DNA of 64,000 bases from Candidatus Micrarchaeia archaeon (GTDB taxonomy: Archaea; Micrarchaeota; Micrarchaeia; Micrarchaeales; Micrarchaeaceae), in the NCBI GenBank assembly GCA_049966715.1, contig JBMFUB010000001.1, positions 80 through 64,079 on the forward strand, read 5' to 3'. Shown in pieces: positions 29,350-39,305 of this stretch. The notes under the pieces were generated by a model that had not been told where the DNA came from, searched no databases, and saw only the letters and a list, made by a program, of their open reading frames with translations. The number at the start of each line of letters is the position of its first letter. The first letter of the stretch is position 1. The translations under genes were made by a program, and so were the position numbers.

Positions 29350-29613
29350 AAAAGGAAATAAAAATAAAATACAAAATGATTAAAATAAATAGAATGAATC
29401 TGGATTAAATAGATAGTATAAATCAATAAAATAAAATCAATGAATATAAATACAATAACAAATAAATATATTTGATAACAAAAATAACAAAAAAAACATA
29501 TTTTGAAATATTTTAATAAATACTTTAATAATAAATTTAGATAAAATATTAAAAAATTGTGGATTTTAATTGATATATTTATGTTGATTAATAAATTTGA
29601 TAATACCATAATC

Positions 29614-29624
29614 TTTATAAATAT
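29614..29624 (+). promoter_or_regulatory. TATA-box candidate for the rpl1-rplP0-rpl12 operon
   Basis: tttataaatat lies about 80-90 nt upstream of the rpl1 ATG. That would give a leader of about 55 nt covering the G/C-containing hairpins at 29648-29695. A/T-rich context makes this weak evidence. Confidence 0.3.
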
Positions 29625-29647
29625 TTCACATCTAAATAAATAAACAA

Positions 29648-29703
29648 GGAAAGCGTTTATTCTGCTTTTCCCGTTTTTACTGCCATTGGCAGGAGGGATC
29701 TAA
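29648..29703 (+). promoter_or_regulatory. Structured 5' leader of rpl1 (two hairpins plus GGAGGG Shine-Dalgarno sequence); possible L1 autoregulatory site
   Basis: ggaaagc-gtttattct-gcttttcc forms a stem with one bulge, and ctgcc-att-ggcag forms a perfect 5-bp stem. gagggatc and the ATG follow immediately. This G/C island sits within an otherwise A/T-only spacer. Confidence 0.35.
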
Positions 29704-30336
29704 ATGGAGAAAGAATTATTTGATAAATTAAATACTTTTATGAATGAAAATAAAGGGAAGAGAAAGTTTGCTCAAAGTGTTGATTTAATCGTTAATTTCA
29801 GAGAGATTGATTTCAGCAAACCTGATAATAGATTGAATATGAGTATAAAACTTCCAAAAGGAAAAGGAAGAGAAAGTAAGATCATGCTTTTTACAGATGA
29901 CAAAAACGTAGCTTCAAAAGCTGAGAGTGCGGGGGTTAAGGTTGTAACCGCTGCGGAAATACCAACAATAGCAAATGATAAAAAGAGGCTTAATGAATTG
30001 CTTAATTATGAGCTTTTAGCGCAACCAGCATTAATGCCTTTGATAGCTAAAGGGCTCGGACAATTTTTAGGTCCTAGAAACAAAATGCCAAAGCCGATTG
30101 CAGGAAGTGATATACAGAATATTATTAAAGATATAAGCAGCACTATATATATAAAAAGCAAGGGAAAATATCTGCCAACGGTTCACTGCAGTGTTGGTGT
30201 GGAAAAAATGAGCAACGAAGATCTCGCAGAAAATATTGATGAAGTCATTAATACATTTGCAAAAAAATTTGGGAAGCTGCATATTAAATCTGTTTATGTT
30301 AAACTTACAATGAGCAAACCTTTAAGGCTGCTTTAA
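29704..30336 (+). CDS. rpl1: 50S ribosomal protein L1
   Basis: 'RKFAQSVDLIVNFREIDFSKPDNRL', 'LGPRNKMPKP' and 'VHCSVG' motifs. First gene of the L1-L10-L12 cluster. Confidence 0.95.
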   Translation: MEKELFDKLNTFMNENKGKRKFAQSVDLIVNFREIDFSKPDNRLNMSIKLPKGKGRESKIMLFTDDKNVASKAESAGVKVVTAAEIPTIANDKKRLNELLNYELLAQPALMPLIAKGLGQFLGPRNKMPKPIAGSDIQNIIKDISSTIYIKSKGKYLPTVHCSVGVEKMSNEDLAENIDEVINTFAKKFGKLHIKSVYVKLTMSKPLRLL

Positions 30337-30346
30337 GGTGTTTATT

Positions 30347-31177
30347 ATGTTTACAAAAGAGGACAAGAAAAAATTTGTAGAAGAAAAAGCAAAAGAGATT
30401 AAGAATTATAAAACTATTGGTATATTGCAAGTAAATAATATACCTGATAGATTGATTCAAACATCAAGGAATAAACTTAAAAATAATGTGAAATTTATTA
30501 TTTCTAAAAAGAGCCTTTTGAAGAAGATTTTAGAATCTAATGAAAATACAAAGCAATTAGTAGATGAGCTTAATGGTACATCCGCAATATTGCTAAGTAA
30601 TGAAGATCCTCTTAAGCTTATGAAGGAGTTCAAGAAATATGAGCTAAAGCTCGCAGCAAAGCCAAATCAGATTGCGCCAATAGACATAATGATAAATGAA
30701 GGCGAGACGAATGTTCAGCCAGGCCAAACTGTTACAGAGCTTAAGCAGGCAGGTATTGATGTTCAGATTCAGAAAGGGAAGGTTATAATAGCTAAAAGCA
30801 AAGTTCTTGTTAAATCCGGCTCTGCAATAAGCCCAGCGATAGCAAAAGCCCTAAAGCTTCTCGATATACTACCATTCAAAGTTGTTGCTGAGCCTTCAAG
30901 CTTTGTTTCAAATGGCATATTATTTAGAAAAGATATATTAAACATAACAAGTGAACAGGTTGCAAATGATATTGCAAAAGGCTTCGTATGTGCATTTAAT
31001 CTATCGCTTAAAGCAGGGATTGTAAATGTTTATACTATACCAATATTTATAGCACGCGCTTATAATGAAGCTTTATACCTGGGGCTCGAACGCTCAATAT
31101 ATGAGCCTGGCATTGCAGAGAAGCTTGTAGAAAGAGCTTCAAAAACTGCAGCAACATTAAATAGCAATGTAAAATGA
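30347..31177 (+). CDS. rplP0: 50S ribosomal protein L10 / acidic ribosomal protein P0
   Basis: Position between L1 and L12, with typical length and N-terminal domain. The ATG at 30347 follows an AAGGTG Shine-Dalgarno sequence that overlaps the rpl1 stop. Confidence 0.92.
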   Translation: MFTKEDKKKFVEEKAKEIKNYKTIGILQVNNIPDRLIQTSRNKLKNNVKFIISKKSLLKKILESNENTKQLVDELNGTSAILLSNEDPLKLMKEFKKYELKLAAKPNQIAPIDIMINEGETNVQPGQTVTELKQAGIDVQIQKGKVIIAKSKVLVKSGSAISPAIAKALKLLDILPFKVVAEPSSFVSNGILFRKDILNITSEQVANDIAKGFVCAFNLSLKAGIVNVYTIPIFIARAYNEALYLGLERSIYEPGIAEKLVERASKTAATLNSNVK

Positions 31178-31261
31178 AAGAATAGAAAAGAATTAGGAAT
31201 TTGTATTATTTTTCAATAAATATAAAAAATTATAATAATAAATAATATTAAGGTGAAATTT

Positions 31262-31561
31262 ATGGAATACATATATGCGGCATTGCTTCTTGATGCAGCC
31301 GGAAAAGAAATCAATGAAAAAAATCTTCTAGAAGTTGTAAAAGCAGCAGGATTGAATCCTGATGAAGCACGAGCAAAAGCAGTAGTTGCATCTTTGAAAG
31401 ATGTAAATATAAAAGAGATAATAAAGAATGCTCAGAATGTACAAGCAACTGCAGCACCTTCAGCGGCACCACAAGCCCAGGCGCAGCCAAAGCAAGAGAA
31501 GAAAGAAGAAAAGAAGAGTGAAGAAGAAGCTGCTGGCGGTTTAGCAAGTCTGTTTGGCTGA
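31262..31561 (+). CDS. rpl12: 50S ribosomal stalk protein P1 (archaeal L12)
   Basis: '[10 protein letters not shown]...' N-terminus, an A/P/Q-rich hinge, a K/E-rich tract, and the conserved C-terminal 'GGLASLFG'. Confidence 0.93.
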   Translation: MEYIYAALLLDAAGKEINEKNLLEVVKAAGLNPDEARAKAVVASLKDVNIKEIIKNAQNVQATAAPSAAPQAQAQPKQEKKEEKKSEEEAAGGLASLFG

Positions 31562-31690
31562 TCTATAAAGCTAATTTGTATAGATAGAAGAATGCAAAGA
31601 GATGTAATAAATAAAGCAAATATGAGCTAAAGAGGGTGCATTTTACATCTCTTTTATTTTTCTTCCTTTTTTATATCTAAATTTTTTTAA
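31561..31690 (+). terminator. Terminator region of the rpl operon: two inverted repeats followed by T-tracts
   Basis: atctata (31561-31567) pairs with tatagat (31579-31585). aaagagatgtaa (31596-31607) pairs with ttacatctcttt (31643-31654). The sequence ttttatttttcttcctttttt...ttttttt follows. Confidence 0.5.
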
Positions 31691-31749
31691 AGCTTCCTTT
31701 TTAATGTTTTATTGACAAAATTATAAAAGAAAATTAATTAAGTGAGTAG

Positions 31750-32103
31750 ATGAAAGTTTATGTAGATAAAACAAAATGTACTGGTTGTGCACACTGTTCT
31801 GATGTTTGTCCTGTTGCAGTTTATCAAATGAAAGAGATTGCAGAGGATCCTGATGGATCAAAAGGTATTATAAATAGTGATGCAACACCCCCGGAGCAGC
31901 AATGGAAAGGTAAAAATGATCCTCAAGTATATGCAAAATGGAATAATGATGTTCAAAAATGCCATGATCATTTCAAACATAAATCAGTAGCAGTTAATGG
32001 CGATGCATGTATATTATGCCAAGCTTGCTTAATAGAATGTGAAGGTGAATGCATAACAATAATTGATGATCAAGGTACAGAGTATCATTCAATTTATAAA
32101 TAA
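31750..32103 (+). CDS. 4Fe-4S dicluster ferredoxin-type protein with a long insertion
   Basis: 'CTGCAHCSDVCP' and 'CILCQACLIEC' cluster motifs are separated by about 55 residues. Confidence 0.8.
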   Translation: MKVYVDKTKCTGCAHCSDVCPVAVYQMKEIAEDPDGSKGIINSDATPPEQQWKGKNDPQVYAKWNNDVQKCHDHFKHKSVAVNGDACILCQACLIECEGECITIIDDQGTEYHSIYK

Positions 32104-32470
32104 TACTGACTAAAGTATAAATAAAAGAGTAAAAGATGTGAAAATAAGCACAATAAAATAACAGCACAACAATAAGTAATATAACAGATAATACAATAAT
32201 AACAAATAATAATAAACTTTTTTTTATCTTTATTTATTTTTATGTTAATATTCACTTAATTATCTATTAAATTATATAATTTATAAAATTTAAATAATAA
32301 TTATATAATTGATTCCTACTTATTTTCTGATTATTTTATATATCTTTTTTATTAAATATAAATTATAATAAATGCAATATACACAAATATAGTATCAAAA
32401 TTAATATAATATTATTATTTTTCTTATACAATAAATATTTATTAAAGATTTATCAACTGTCAGTGTTAAA

Positions 32471-35140
32471 ATGATTCAATATTTAACCGAACCTTTTAAA
32501 GATGAAGAAAGCCTTGCGGTATTAAATCCATATGTTAGAGAGTGGTTTCAATCTAATTTTAAAGAAATAACTCCACCTCAGAAGTTTAGCTTTAAACTCA
32601 TTAATGATAAAAGCAATGTTTTGATTACGGCACCAACAGGCTCTGGAAAAACTCTATCTGCTTTTCTTACCATTATTAGTAAGCTTTTTGAGTACTCGCT
32701 CAGCGGTAAGCTGGAAAACAAAATCTACTGCATTTATGTTTCTCCTTTGCGGGCTCTAAACAATGATGTTAAAAGGAATCTTGCAAAACCTCTTGATGAG
32801 ATTTTCGAATTAATAAGAAAAAAGATGGGGGTTGAAATAATAAAAGGTGGAATAAAACAAGTAACTATCGGTGTGCGGACTGGAGATACAACACAAAAAG
32901 AAAGGCAGACGATGTTAAAGCATCCGCCGCACATATTAGTTACAACTCCTGAAAGTCTTGCTATATTAATAAACTCCCCAAAATTTATTGAGAATCTAAA
33001 AGATGTTGAATATTTTATTATTGATGAAATTCATGAGCTTGCAAATAACAAACGAGGCGTTCATTTATCGCTCTCTATCGAAAGACTCGCTGCAATGACC
33101 AATAAACCTTTTGCAAGAATAGGTTTAGGTGCCACTTTATATCCTCTTGATGAAGCGGCGAAATTTCTTGTTGGATATAATGGAAGTGAACCAAACGATT
33201 GTAAAATTGTTGATGCTTCATGGAGCAAGAAGATCGATGTTAAAGTTGTAAGCCCTGTAAAAGATATAATATATGCTGATGACAAAGAGATAGAAGATGC
33301 GATGTATAAAGAAATAGACAAGGTTATAAAGGAAAGCAAAACCTCTTTAATTTTTACAAATACCCGAAGTGGAACTGAAAGAGTTGTTTTCAATCTTAAA
33401 AAGAGATTTGGATATGGAGAGGAAATTGCGGCACATCATAGCTCTCTTTCAAGAGAATCAAGGCTTGAGGTTGAAGAGCTTCTTAAAAAAGGTTCATTAA
33501 AATGTGCTGTTTCATCAACTAGCTTAGAACTAGGTGTTGATATCGGCTCAATAGAAACTGTAATCCAGCTCGGCTCTCCTAAAAGCGTAACTAGAGCCAT
33601 CCAAAGAATTGGCAGGGCGGGACATTCATTTAAAGAGACTGCTAAAGGCGAATCTATTGTTGTTAATAGAGATGATTTGATTGAATGTGCAGTAATGTTC
33701 GATTCTGCGCTTAAGAAAAAGCTAGATTCATTTACGGTGCCCCATAATGCGCTTGATGTGCTTGCACAACATATTGTCGGAATGTCCCTAAACAAAAAGT
33801 GGAATGTTGATGAGGCATTTCTCCTAATAAAACAAGCGTATGCTTACCATGATCTCCAAAAAAGTGATTTTATATCTCTCCTTGACTATCTTGCTGGAAA
33901 TTATGTAGGATTAGAAAGTAGACGAGTATATGGAAAGATATGGTATGATAAAAATGAAAATATGTTTGGCAGAAGAGGAAAATATATTAATGTAATATAT
34001 ATGCTTAATCTTGGTACAATACCTGATGAAGTGGCAATTAATGTATTCAATGGCTCAAAGTGGGTTGGAAATATTGAAGAGGAATTTATGATGAAATTAA
34101 AACCAGGGGATATTTTTACGCTTGGTGGCAAACTTTACAAGTTTGAATATGCTAAAGGAATGCGTTGTTATGTTATTGATTCAGACTCAAATGCACCGAC
34201 AATACCTCCTTGGTTTTCAGAGCAACTTCCATTATCATATGAACTTGCAAATAATATAAATGAATTTAGATTAGAAATGAAAAATGCAATTGAAAAATAC
34301 GTAAAAGAAAAGAAGATAAAAAAACTCAATACAAGAAATATTAAAAATATACCAAAGGAAATTGATGAACTTATATCAAAGCTTCCTATAAATGAAAATT
34401 CTAAAAGCAGTATCTTCCAATATTTTTTGGAGCAATATTTATTTGCAAAAGAAATACCAAATAAAAATCTTCTTCTTGTTGAAATTACAAGAGATATTGA
34501 AGAAGAAAAATACTATACAGTATTTCATTCATTATTTGGGAGGAGGGTTAATGATGCTTTATCGAGAGCAATAGCAATAAAAATAGGGGAGCTTACTAAT
34601 AGCGATATAAGTATAAGTGTAAGTGACAATGGTTTTGTTATTATGTTTAATGAGAATCCAATACTCAATCAAAAATTATTAGATCAGATAATGGATGAGC
34701 TTTCATCATATAGTATTATACCTTTATTAAAACGCAATATAAGAAATACTGAGCTTATGAGAAGGAAATTTAGGCATGTAGCGGCAAGAAGCTTTATGGT
34801 GCTTAGAAATTACCGAGGATATAAAATGTCTGTTAACAGGCAGCAAGTAAGCTCCCAAATACTTCTTAAAGCAGTAGAAGAGATAGATCCAAATTTTCCG
34901 ATATTAAGAGAAACTTATAGAGAAATAATGAATGATATGATGGACTTGCCAAGAGCAGAAGAGGTCTTAAAAAAAATTAAAACAGGCGAGATAAAATGCA
35001 AAGTTATAAAAACCCCCTCGCCAAGCCCATTCTCACACACACTTATGACTTTTGGACAAGCTGATGTAATAATGATGAAGGAAAGACATAAATATCTTCA
35101 GGAACTTCATAAATTAGTAATGAGGCGAATAAAGAAATGA
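32471..35140 (+). CDS. lhr: Lhr-family ATP-dependent DEAD/DEAH-box helicase (Lhr-core)
   Basis: Motif I 'APTGSGKT', motif II 'IIDEIHEL', 'TNTRS', and motif VI 'QRIGRAGH'. The C-terminal region matches the DEAD/H-associated domain layout, and the total length is about 890 aa. Confidence 0.9.
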   Translation: MIQYLTEPFKDEESLAVLNPYVREWFQSNFKEITPPQKFSFKLINDKSNVLITAPTGSGKTLSAFLTIISKLFEYSLSGKLENKIYCIYVSPLRALNNDVKRNLAKPLDEIFELIRKKMGVEIIKGGIKQVTIGVRTGDTTQKERQTMLKHPPHILVTTPESLAILINSPKFIENLKDVEYFIIDEIHELANNKRGVHLSLSIERLAAMTNKPFARIGLGATLYPLDEAAKFLVGYNGSEPNDCKIVDASWSKKIDVKVVSPVKDIIYADDKEIEDAMYKEIDKVIKESKTSLIFTNTRSGTERVVFNLKKRFGYGEEIAAHHSSLSRESRLEVEELLKKGSLKCAVSSTSLELGVDIGSIETVIQLGSPKSVTRAIQRIGRAGHSFKETAKGESIVVNRDDLIECAVMFDSALKKKLDSFTVPHNALDVLAQHIVGMSLNKKWNVDEAFLLIKQAYAYHDLQKSDFISLLDYLAGNYVGLESRRVYGKIWYDKNENMFGRRGKYINVIYMLNLGTIPDEVAINVFNGSKWVGNIEEEFMMKLKPGDIFTLGGKLYKFEYAKGMRCYVIDSDSNAPTIPPWFSEQLPLSYELANNINEFRLEMKNAIEKYVKEKKIKKLNTRNIKNIPKEIDELISKLPINENSKSSIFQYFLEQYLFAKEIPNKNLLLVEITRDIEEEKYYTVFHSLFGRRVNDALSRAIAIKIGELTNSDISISVSDNGFVIMFNENPILNQKLLDQIMDELSSYSIIPLLKRNIRNTELMRRKFRHVAARSFMVLRNYRGYKMSVNRQQVSSQILLKAVEEIDPNFPILRETYREIMNDMMDLPRAEEVLKKIKTGEIKCKVIKTPSPSPFSHTLMTFGQADVIMMKERHKYLQELHKLVMRRIKK

Positions 35141-35874
35141 TACTTACAAAAGATATAGAGCTTATAGATGGATTGCCGATTGCATACATAAAGAGCCTTG
35201 ATGCATTTGCAATAGCAGATATGCATTTAGGTTATGAAGGTGTAATGGCAAAAACGAGCGGCACGGCTATCCCAAAAGTAAATTTAAAATACATAAAAGA
35301 TGCAATATTAGAAGCATTAAAGAAACACAAAGCTAAACAGCTCATAATTGATGGTGATATAAAAAATGAATTTTCAAAGGTTGATGAGGAGGAATTTAAT
35401 GAATTATATGATTTCATAAATTTTGCCAAAACCTCTGGTCTTTCTCTTACATTAATAAAGGGAAATCATGATAATTTTGTTGATAAATATAAAGAGCCAT
35501 TTAAACTTACAATTTACACACAAGAAGCCAAGCTTGGTAATTATCTCTTTTTTCATGGAGAAGAGCTCCCAAAAAATATAGAAAAAACAAAAATGCTTAT
35601 TATGGGGCATGAGCATCCTGGGATTGGTATAAAAACTATGGCTGGAAGTATAGAAAGAGTAAAATGCTTTTTATTTGGAAAATACTTCAATATACCTATT
35701 TTAGTTTTACCTGCAATAAGCTATTTTGCTAGCTCTTCAGATATAAACATGAAACCTAAAAATGAGTTATTAGCGCCTGTTTTTAAGAATATTAATGTTG
35801 ATTCAATGCATGCGATTGCAGTTGGATATGGCGCAACTATTGATTTTGGAAAAATCAAAGATTTAAAAATGTAG
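35137..35874 (+). CDS. Metallophosphoesterase (Lhr-associated MPE / SbcD-Mre11-related phosphoesterase)
   Basis: 'ADMHLG', 'GDIKNEF', 'GNHD' and 'GHEHP' calcineurin-like motifs. The start ATG overlaps the lhr stop (ATGA at 35137-35140). Confidence 0.8.
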   Translation: MILTKDIELIDGLPIAYIKSLDAFAIADMHLGYEGVMAKTSGTAIPKVNLKYIKDAILEALKKHKAKQLIIDGDIKNEFSKVDEEEFNELYDFINFAKTSGLSLTLIKGNHDNFVDKYKEPFKLTIYTQEAKLGNYLFFHGEELPKNIEKTKMLIMGHEHPGIGIKTMAGSIERVKCFLFGKYFNIPILVLPAISYFASSSDINMKPKNELLAPVFKNINVDSMHAIAVGYGATIDFGKIKDLKM

Positions 35875-36128
35875 AGATGAAAACGTTTGTAGTTTTCCTC
35901 TTTAATATTGTTTATATTTTTCTTATATAACCTCAATATTATTTAGAGTATCGTAATTTTCTTGGCATTTTTTCTTTCATTTATTAATATTTTTTATAAG
36001 TAAATATTATTTATTTTAGCTATTTTTATTATGTTTTTATTATATAATTAAATAATAATTTTTAAAAATTAATGAAAGTATTTAAATATCTGAAAAATAG
36101 AATAAATAATTATTATTAAAGTGGAATT

Positions 36129-36704
36129 ATGGCATTCCAAAATAAAGTTAAAAATAAATCTAAAAAGACAAGATTTCTTAGCTTTAATATAGAGATTAAA
36201 GGTTATCAAGAATGCACTACAAATAATTCAGAGCACTTCATAAAAGTATGGCTAGAAGGTAGTAGTCACGAAATAAATATTTTTTTCAACGATAAAAATG
36301 TAAATGAAAATATCAAAGCATTAAAGTTTGTTGAAGAATTGTTTGACAAAATTATTGAAGAACATTTAAGTGTTAAAATAAATGTATTGAAAATTGCCGA
36401 AGATAATAATGTTTATTATAACTGCTATCTTTCAAGAAAAGAATATGGGGACAAAATAAATATAAAATTTAATAATAATTATAAATTAGTAAATTATGAT
36501 ACTTCTGGACAGTTGCTTATATGTGGTGAAAATGATAAGCAACACAAAAATAAATTTACAATATCTATACCACTCATAGAAAATCCTCATGAATTTGAGG
36601 ATTGGTATAAGAAAACGATAAATAATATTTATAATTATACATTAGATTCAGTCAACGGTGCAGAGAATCAGCAAAAAGTGCATACTTTCATTAATCGCCA
36701 ATAA
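36129..36704 (+). CDS. Hypothetical protein (orphan)
   Basis: 191-codon ORF with no motif recognised. Confidence 0.45.
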   Translation: MAFQNKVKNKSKKTRFLSFNIEIKGYQECTTNNSEHFIKVWLEGSSHEINIFFNDKNVNENIKALKFVEELFDKIIEEHLSVKINVLKIAEDNNVYYNCYLSRKEYGDKINIKFNNNYKLVNYDTSGQLLICGENDKQHKNKFTISIPLIENPHEFEDWYKKTINNIYNYTLDSVNGAENQQKVHTFINRQ

Positions 36705-36746
36705 TAGTAAAATATAAAAATAAATATAAAAAGCAAATTTAGATAT

Positions 36747-38321
36747 TTAGAATGCACTTACACTAATTATCAAAAATAAAACATTTATTAAAAATATAAT
36801 AGAAACAAATGCAACAAAAGCATTTATTATATTTTTATTTTTGATATTTGTTTTATATATTCTCCATCCATCAAAGAATGGTAATGGCAGCAAATTAATT
36901 ATCCCTATAGAAAGATTAAATATAAAAGATAGGACAATGGTGGTAAAGATAAAATATAATAATTGAGATGAAAAGCCTGTTTTAATTCTATTTCCTATTG
37001 TTATTCCTATATATCCTTTTGTAGAATTATCAATAGATATCGCATTAAATGAATACGTGCCCTTATTTGTTAAAACAGTAATTTGTTTTCCAGGAAGATC
37101 ATTTGCGGCTGCAATAGCAAAACTTGAAATATTTTTTATTGGTACATTATTCCATGCTAAAATCTGCATTCCTGGTTTAAGTACATTGTAAGCAGGTGTA
37201 TTTGGTATTATGCTTTGTATGAAAACTGCATTTGAATATATATTCGGCATAACAAAATATAACATCAAGATCATAAGTGCAAAAAATAATATAGATGCAA
37301 GAAGATTTATTGCAGATCCTGCAGCAAATATCCTCGTTTGTTTCATTGATTTTAGTTTTAGCACCTCTTTTTCATCTGGCTCTACAAAAGCACCAATGGG
37401 TATAACACCAAAAATTACGAGCCCCAATGATTTTAATTTTACCTTTTCTATGCGCGAAAGAATACCATGTGAAAATTCATGTATTATTAGTAGTATTATA
37501 AGTGATACCAATCCAGCAAGTAGCGGTGTATCAATTCCAGGTATTACTGGGGCTAAACCCGGTACTATGCTTTGAAGCATTTGTGTTTTTGCGACCGGCG
37601 CAGTTACTGTAAGTGCATTACCTAGAGCAACAAAATCTATCGCCGTTAAATAAACTAATAAAAACATAATATATCCAGTTAAACCAAATATTATACCAAT
37701 AGCTAATGAAATTATCGGTAGTATTAATGCTATGTTAAGAATATTGTTTGAGGATGTTGAAGCACCAGAAGAGGTATTTGATAAATTTGCGGATATATTT
37801 GAAGATTGCAATTGCGGTAAATTTATAAATTGTATTCCTTCTGCAGTACTTGGGAGGACAATAAGCAATATAAAAATAAGTGATATAATTCCAAAAATAT
37901 AATCATATTTACTAATTTTTCCTTTTAATAATGGATATGAAAGCAAGCCGAAGCCGAGCATAATACCCCATATTGGTAGGTGTTTCCAGAACCACTGCCC
38001 TTTTTTAGAAATGCTATCTATTATACTAAGGCCTTTCTTTGTTGAAAGCAGATATAAACCGCTACTACCTTGGAAGCCATTGATAACCCGTATAATAATT
38101 CCTATAAGCAAAAGTGAAACAAGAGCAAAAGTCCATTGAAGTAGAGGACCTATGAGTACTGCTATATATGAAATATAAATAATTGTGAAACCTAATATAA
38201 ATAACAAGAACGTAAAAATGATACGCAGCGGTTTACTTTTTATAAATGGTTTGGGATTTTCATTTTTATTCTTTTTTCCTTCTTCTTTAAAATTTTTAGT
38301 ACTTGCTCTAATTTTTTCCAT
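36747..38321 (-). CDS. M50-family site-2 protease with PDZ-like insertion
   Basis: 'LIIHEFSHGILS' (HExxH) and 'NLLPLPFFDGWRI' (NxxPxxxxDG) lie within a polytopic membrane protein. The ATG at 38321 is preceded by GGCGTGA. The track's TTG at 38348 is less likely. Confidence 0.85.
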   Translation of the reverse strand: MEKIRASTKNFKEEGKKNKNENPKPFIKSKPLRIIFTFLLFILGFTIIYISYIAVLIGPLLQWTFALVSLLLIGIIIRVINGFQGSSGLYLLSTKKGLSIIDSISKKGQWFWKHLPIWGIMLGFGLLSYPLLKGKISKYDYIFGIISLIFILLIVLPSTAEGIQFINLPQLQSSNISANLSNTSSGASTSSNNILNIALILPIISLAIGIIFGLTGYIMFLLVYLTAIDFVALGNALTVTAPVAKTQMLQSIVPGLAPVIPGIDTPLLAGLVSLIILLIIHEFSHGILSRIEKVKLKSLGLVIFGVIPIGAFVEPDEKEVLKLKSMKQTRIFAAGSAINLLASILFFALMILMLYFVMPNIYSNAVFIQSIIPNTPAYNVLKPGMQILAWNNVPIKNISSFAIAAANDLPGKQITVLTNKGTYSFNAISIDNSTKGYIGITIGNRIKTGFSSQLLYFIFTTIVLSFIFNLSIGIINLLPLPFFDGWRIYKTNIKNKNIINAFVAFVSIIFLINVLFLIISVSAF

Positions 38322-39018
38322 TATCACGCCTATTGAAGATAAATACAAAAATATTTAATTATAAAATATTTTATTTTAACCTTTTATTTTAAAATTATTT
38401 TATCTAATTTTTATTATATATTTTATTATATATTTACTTATTATTATAGTTATTATAATACTTATTTTATATGTGCTTATTTTTTATTTTATTTTATACT
38501 TTTATTGTTAATTTACTTAATTAATGTCAATGTTAAACACCTAAATACTTTAAATAATATAGCTAATTTAGTCTTTACTTAATGTTTATGTCAAAATGTA
38601 ATTAATTTTTATAAAGCACTGATAGATAAAATTTAATAAAGAAATTATTATAATAAAATTTGTATATTTATTTTGTATATTTAATAAGTATATTATTAAA
38701 TATAGTATGTTATTAAAATGTTACTTATTAAATTAATTATTAAAATTGAACATATTATTAAGTAATATTATATTTTATTAATTAAATTAATATTTATTCA
38801 TTCATTAATGCTATCTAACGTTATCTAGTTATATTGAATGATTAAAATATATTTTATAAAAATGTATTATAAATATTATAAATATTATAAATATATAACC
38901 TATAAATTATAGTGTAAAAAATTAGAAATTAAATTGATTAATAATAAAAATATAATATAAAACAAACATAAACATGGTATATAAAATAAATATTAAAAAA
39001 AATTGAAAGGTGTTTTTA

Positions 39019-39291
39019 TTGGAAAGTGAAAGAGAACTTAAAAAAGAGATTAGTAATGAAACTGCACTGCTTAGCAAATCGTTGATAGTAAATATCGTAC
39101 TTGCTATTGCAGTTGTTATATTGGCTGTGCTTTTCTTATATCAAACATTTTCAAGCGCGGCTAGCAAATCTACATCGACTTCCGCTGCAAATCTTGTGGC
39201 ACCAAGCTCAAATACAAGTACACCAACTATAAGTTATTCTTATGTAGCTGCGCATACAGACATTCATTTAACAGTGCTGAGCTTAGCATAA
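39019..39291 (+). CDS. N-terminal membrane-anchor and S/T-linker fragment of a DUF929-type protein (split gene, part 1)
   Basis: TM helix 'IVNIVLAIAVVILAVLFLY', then 'SSAASKSTSTSAANLVAPSSNTSTPTISYSYVAAHTDIHLTVLSLA', which parallels the N-terminal part of the intact paralogue at 60298-61107. It ends in TAATAA. The start is ambiguous between GTG at 39010 and TTG at 39019 after AGGTG. Confidence 0.5.
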   Translation: MESERELKKEISNETALLSKSLIVNIVLAIAVVILAVLFLYQTFSSAASKSTSTSAANLVAPSSNTSTPTISYSYVAAHTDIHLTVLSLA

Positions 39292-39305
39292 TAAATAATG
39301 CACCA

